Shown in pieces: positions 60,053 through 64,000 of a stretch of DNA of 64,000 bases. The DNA lies in NCBI RefSeq assembly GCF_009914755.1, contig NC_060933.1; one strand, given 5' to 3'. The notes under the pieces were generated by a model. The model did no database searches. It was not told the DNA's origin and saw only the letters and a program-made list of their open reading frames with translations. This DNA is from the human T2T-CHM13v2.0 reference genome, Homo sapiens. The position numbers and the translations under genes were made by a program. Positions within the stretch are counted from its first letter, which is position 1. The number at the start of each line of letters is the position of its first letter.

Positions 60053-60669
60053 TGAGGACTCTCTTCCACAAAGAGGTACCGTCTATGGAGCCCTTGCCTG
60101 TGCACAGCGGGCGCTGACTCTGTAGAGGTGCCAGCTCTTTGGTTTCTTTGGATGTGTGCTCTTGCTGAGACAGAGGAGTGCTGACTGGGCTGTGCTGCTG
60201 GTGATTTTTGATGATAGCTTGAATGTTTCTAGCATACTGTGCTTCAGACCAAACTAGGCAGCAGCTCTGAGTGGGAAGGAGAGTGGTCGTGGTGTGGGCA
60301 GACGATTCAAAGGAATGTACTGGGGAAAGCCCACAATTCACTTTCTCCTGTAAAGCAGCACTGGCTGCCCTTTATTACCCTTTGCCATCATCCTGATATC
60401 GCCTTCTGCTTCCTGCACTACCCCTGCCAGCCAAGGCTTCACCAGACTTGGTCTTTAGTAGCCTGTATTAGAAAACCAGCTGCACATCCTTCGTTACCTG
60501 AACCTCACCCCCAGCCTGCCATGCCTAGGAGGTCCTGCCCCTTATGGGTTGAAATCCCTGTGCTCAAAGGCTCTTCCCTCAGTCTCCAACGGGAAATGAC
60601 CGATCAATGTGCCAATTGGATTTCAGTGCCCCAGCTTCTCCCAAGGGGCTGAGGGTACAGATCGAGTGC

Positions 60670-63253
<2,584 letters not shown>

Positions 63254-64000
63254 ATACTGTATTTTAAAAATACAGTTTTTATTTGATTCTTGCCAGTGAC
63301 CTTCTACCATAATGAAGCGACTCTGAGTCAGAGCCCCCTTCACAGAGCACTGGAGCTCCTTCATGACACTTAGAGTCCATCTCTGGCTGGTCATTGGTGA
63401 ATGGTGTCCAGTCTTACCGTCAGGTTTATTTGACCCTGGACCTTTTTACTAAGGGAGTGGCAAGCGAATTGCTGCCACGTGCTTGTGTGGTGATCCAGCC
63501 GCGCCTTTCTGGCACAGTCGGCTTTAGTGAACAGGCCCGTGGATCAGTGGTGCTAAGAATAATTTAAACTACTTAGGGGAAGATTTGGGTTTAGCTGTAT
63601 AGGGAACAAGGCATTCCACAGGGGGCCATTTGTTGTGTGGTGTCGCCACTGTTCCTAGATTGCTCCTGTCTGGAGTGTGCTGCATATTCCAGATCAAAAG
63701 ACGTGCCATTTTTAATCTGTTCATCCAAAAATGGTGGCAGAACCTCTGTGCTAAGTTTTCTGTGTAAGGGAACAACATTAGGAAAGGCTTCTTCTCTAAA
63801 GCAGGTTGTAATGTCAAGGAATGAATGAAAGAATGAAGAAATAAACTGTTCCCAGGATTATAAGAGTGAAATGTTTGGCCTTGTAGGGCTCAAGGAACTT
63901 AGTACAAAATGCGGAAGGACAGGTGAATGAGGAGTTACTCATGTGTATAAATCTAATTTCCACCTGATCTTACCACATTTGATGGTAGAAAGCAGCATTT

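Overview
Human, Alu-dense genomic DNA containing the 5' part of PRRC2B (BAT2L1) on the + strand. A CpG-island promoter and probable non-coding exon 1 (donor after 11756) are followed by a ~39 kb intron 1 and four coding exons (51055-51169, 53525-53702, 57513-57615, 59882-59954). These splice in frame to the first 156 residues of the BAT2_N-type N-terminus ([24 protein letters not shown]...). Intron 1 holds an antisense, 5'-truncated SVA_F1 (68 nt of MAST2 exon 1, long VNTR, intact 15-bp TSD) inserted in an old L1 that also carries two Alus and an ERV1 solo LTR. Other points of interest: an out-of-frame uORF overlapping the PRRC2B start codon (possible autoregulation by leaky scanning), a C9orf72-like (GGGGCC)3GGGGCGTGG tract just after the exon-1 donor, a candidate SVA-derived pseudo-exon, and a perfect 44-bp palindrome fused to a (GT)n tract. 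Nearly all ORFs in the supplied track are Alu, SVA or CpG-island artefacts. All calls were made by eye; repeat boundaries and subfamily names are approximate.
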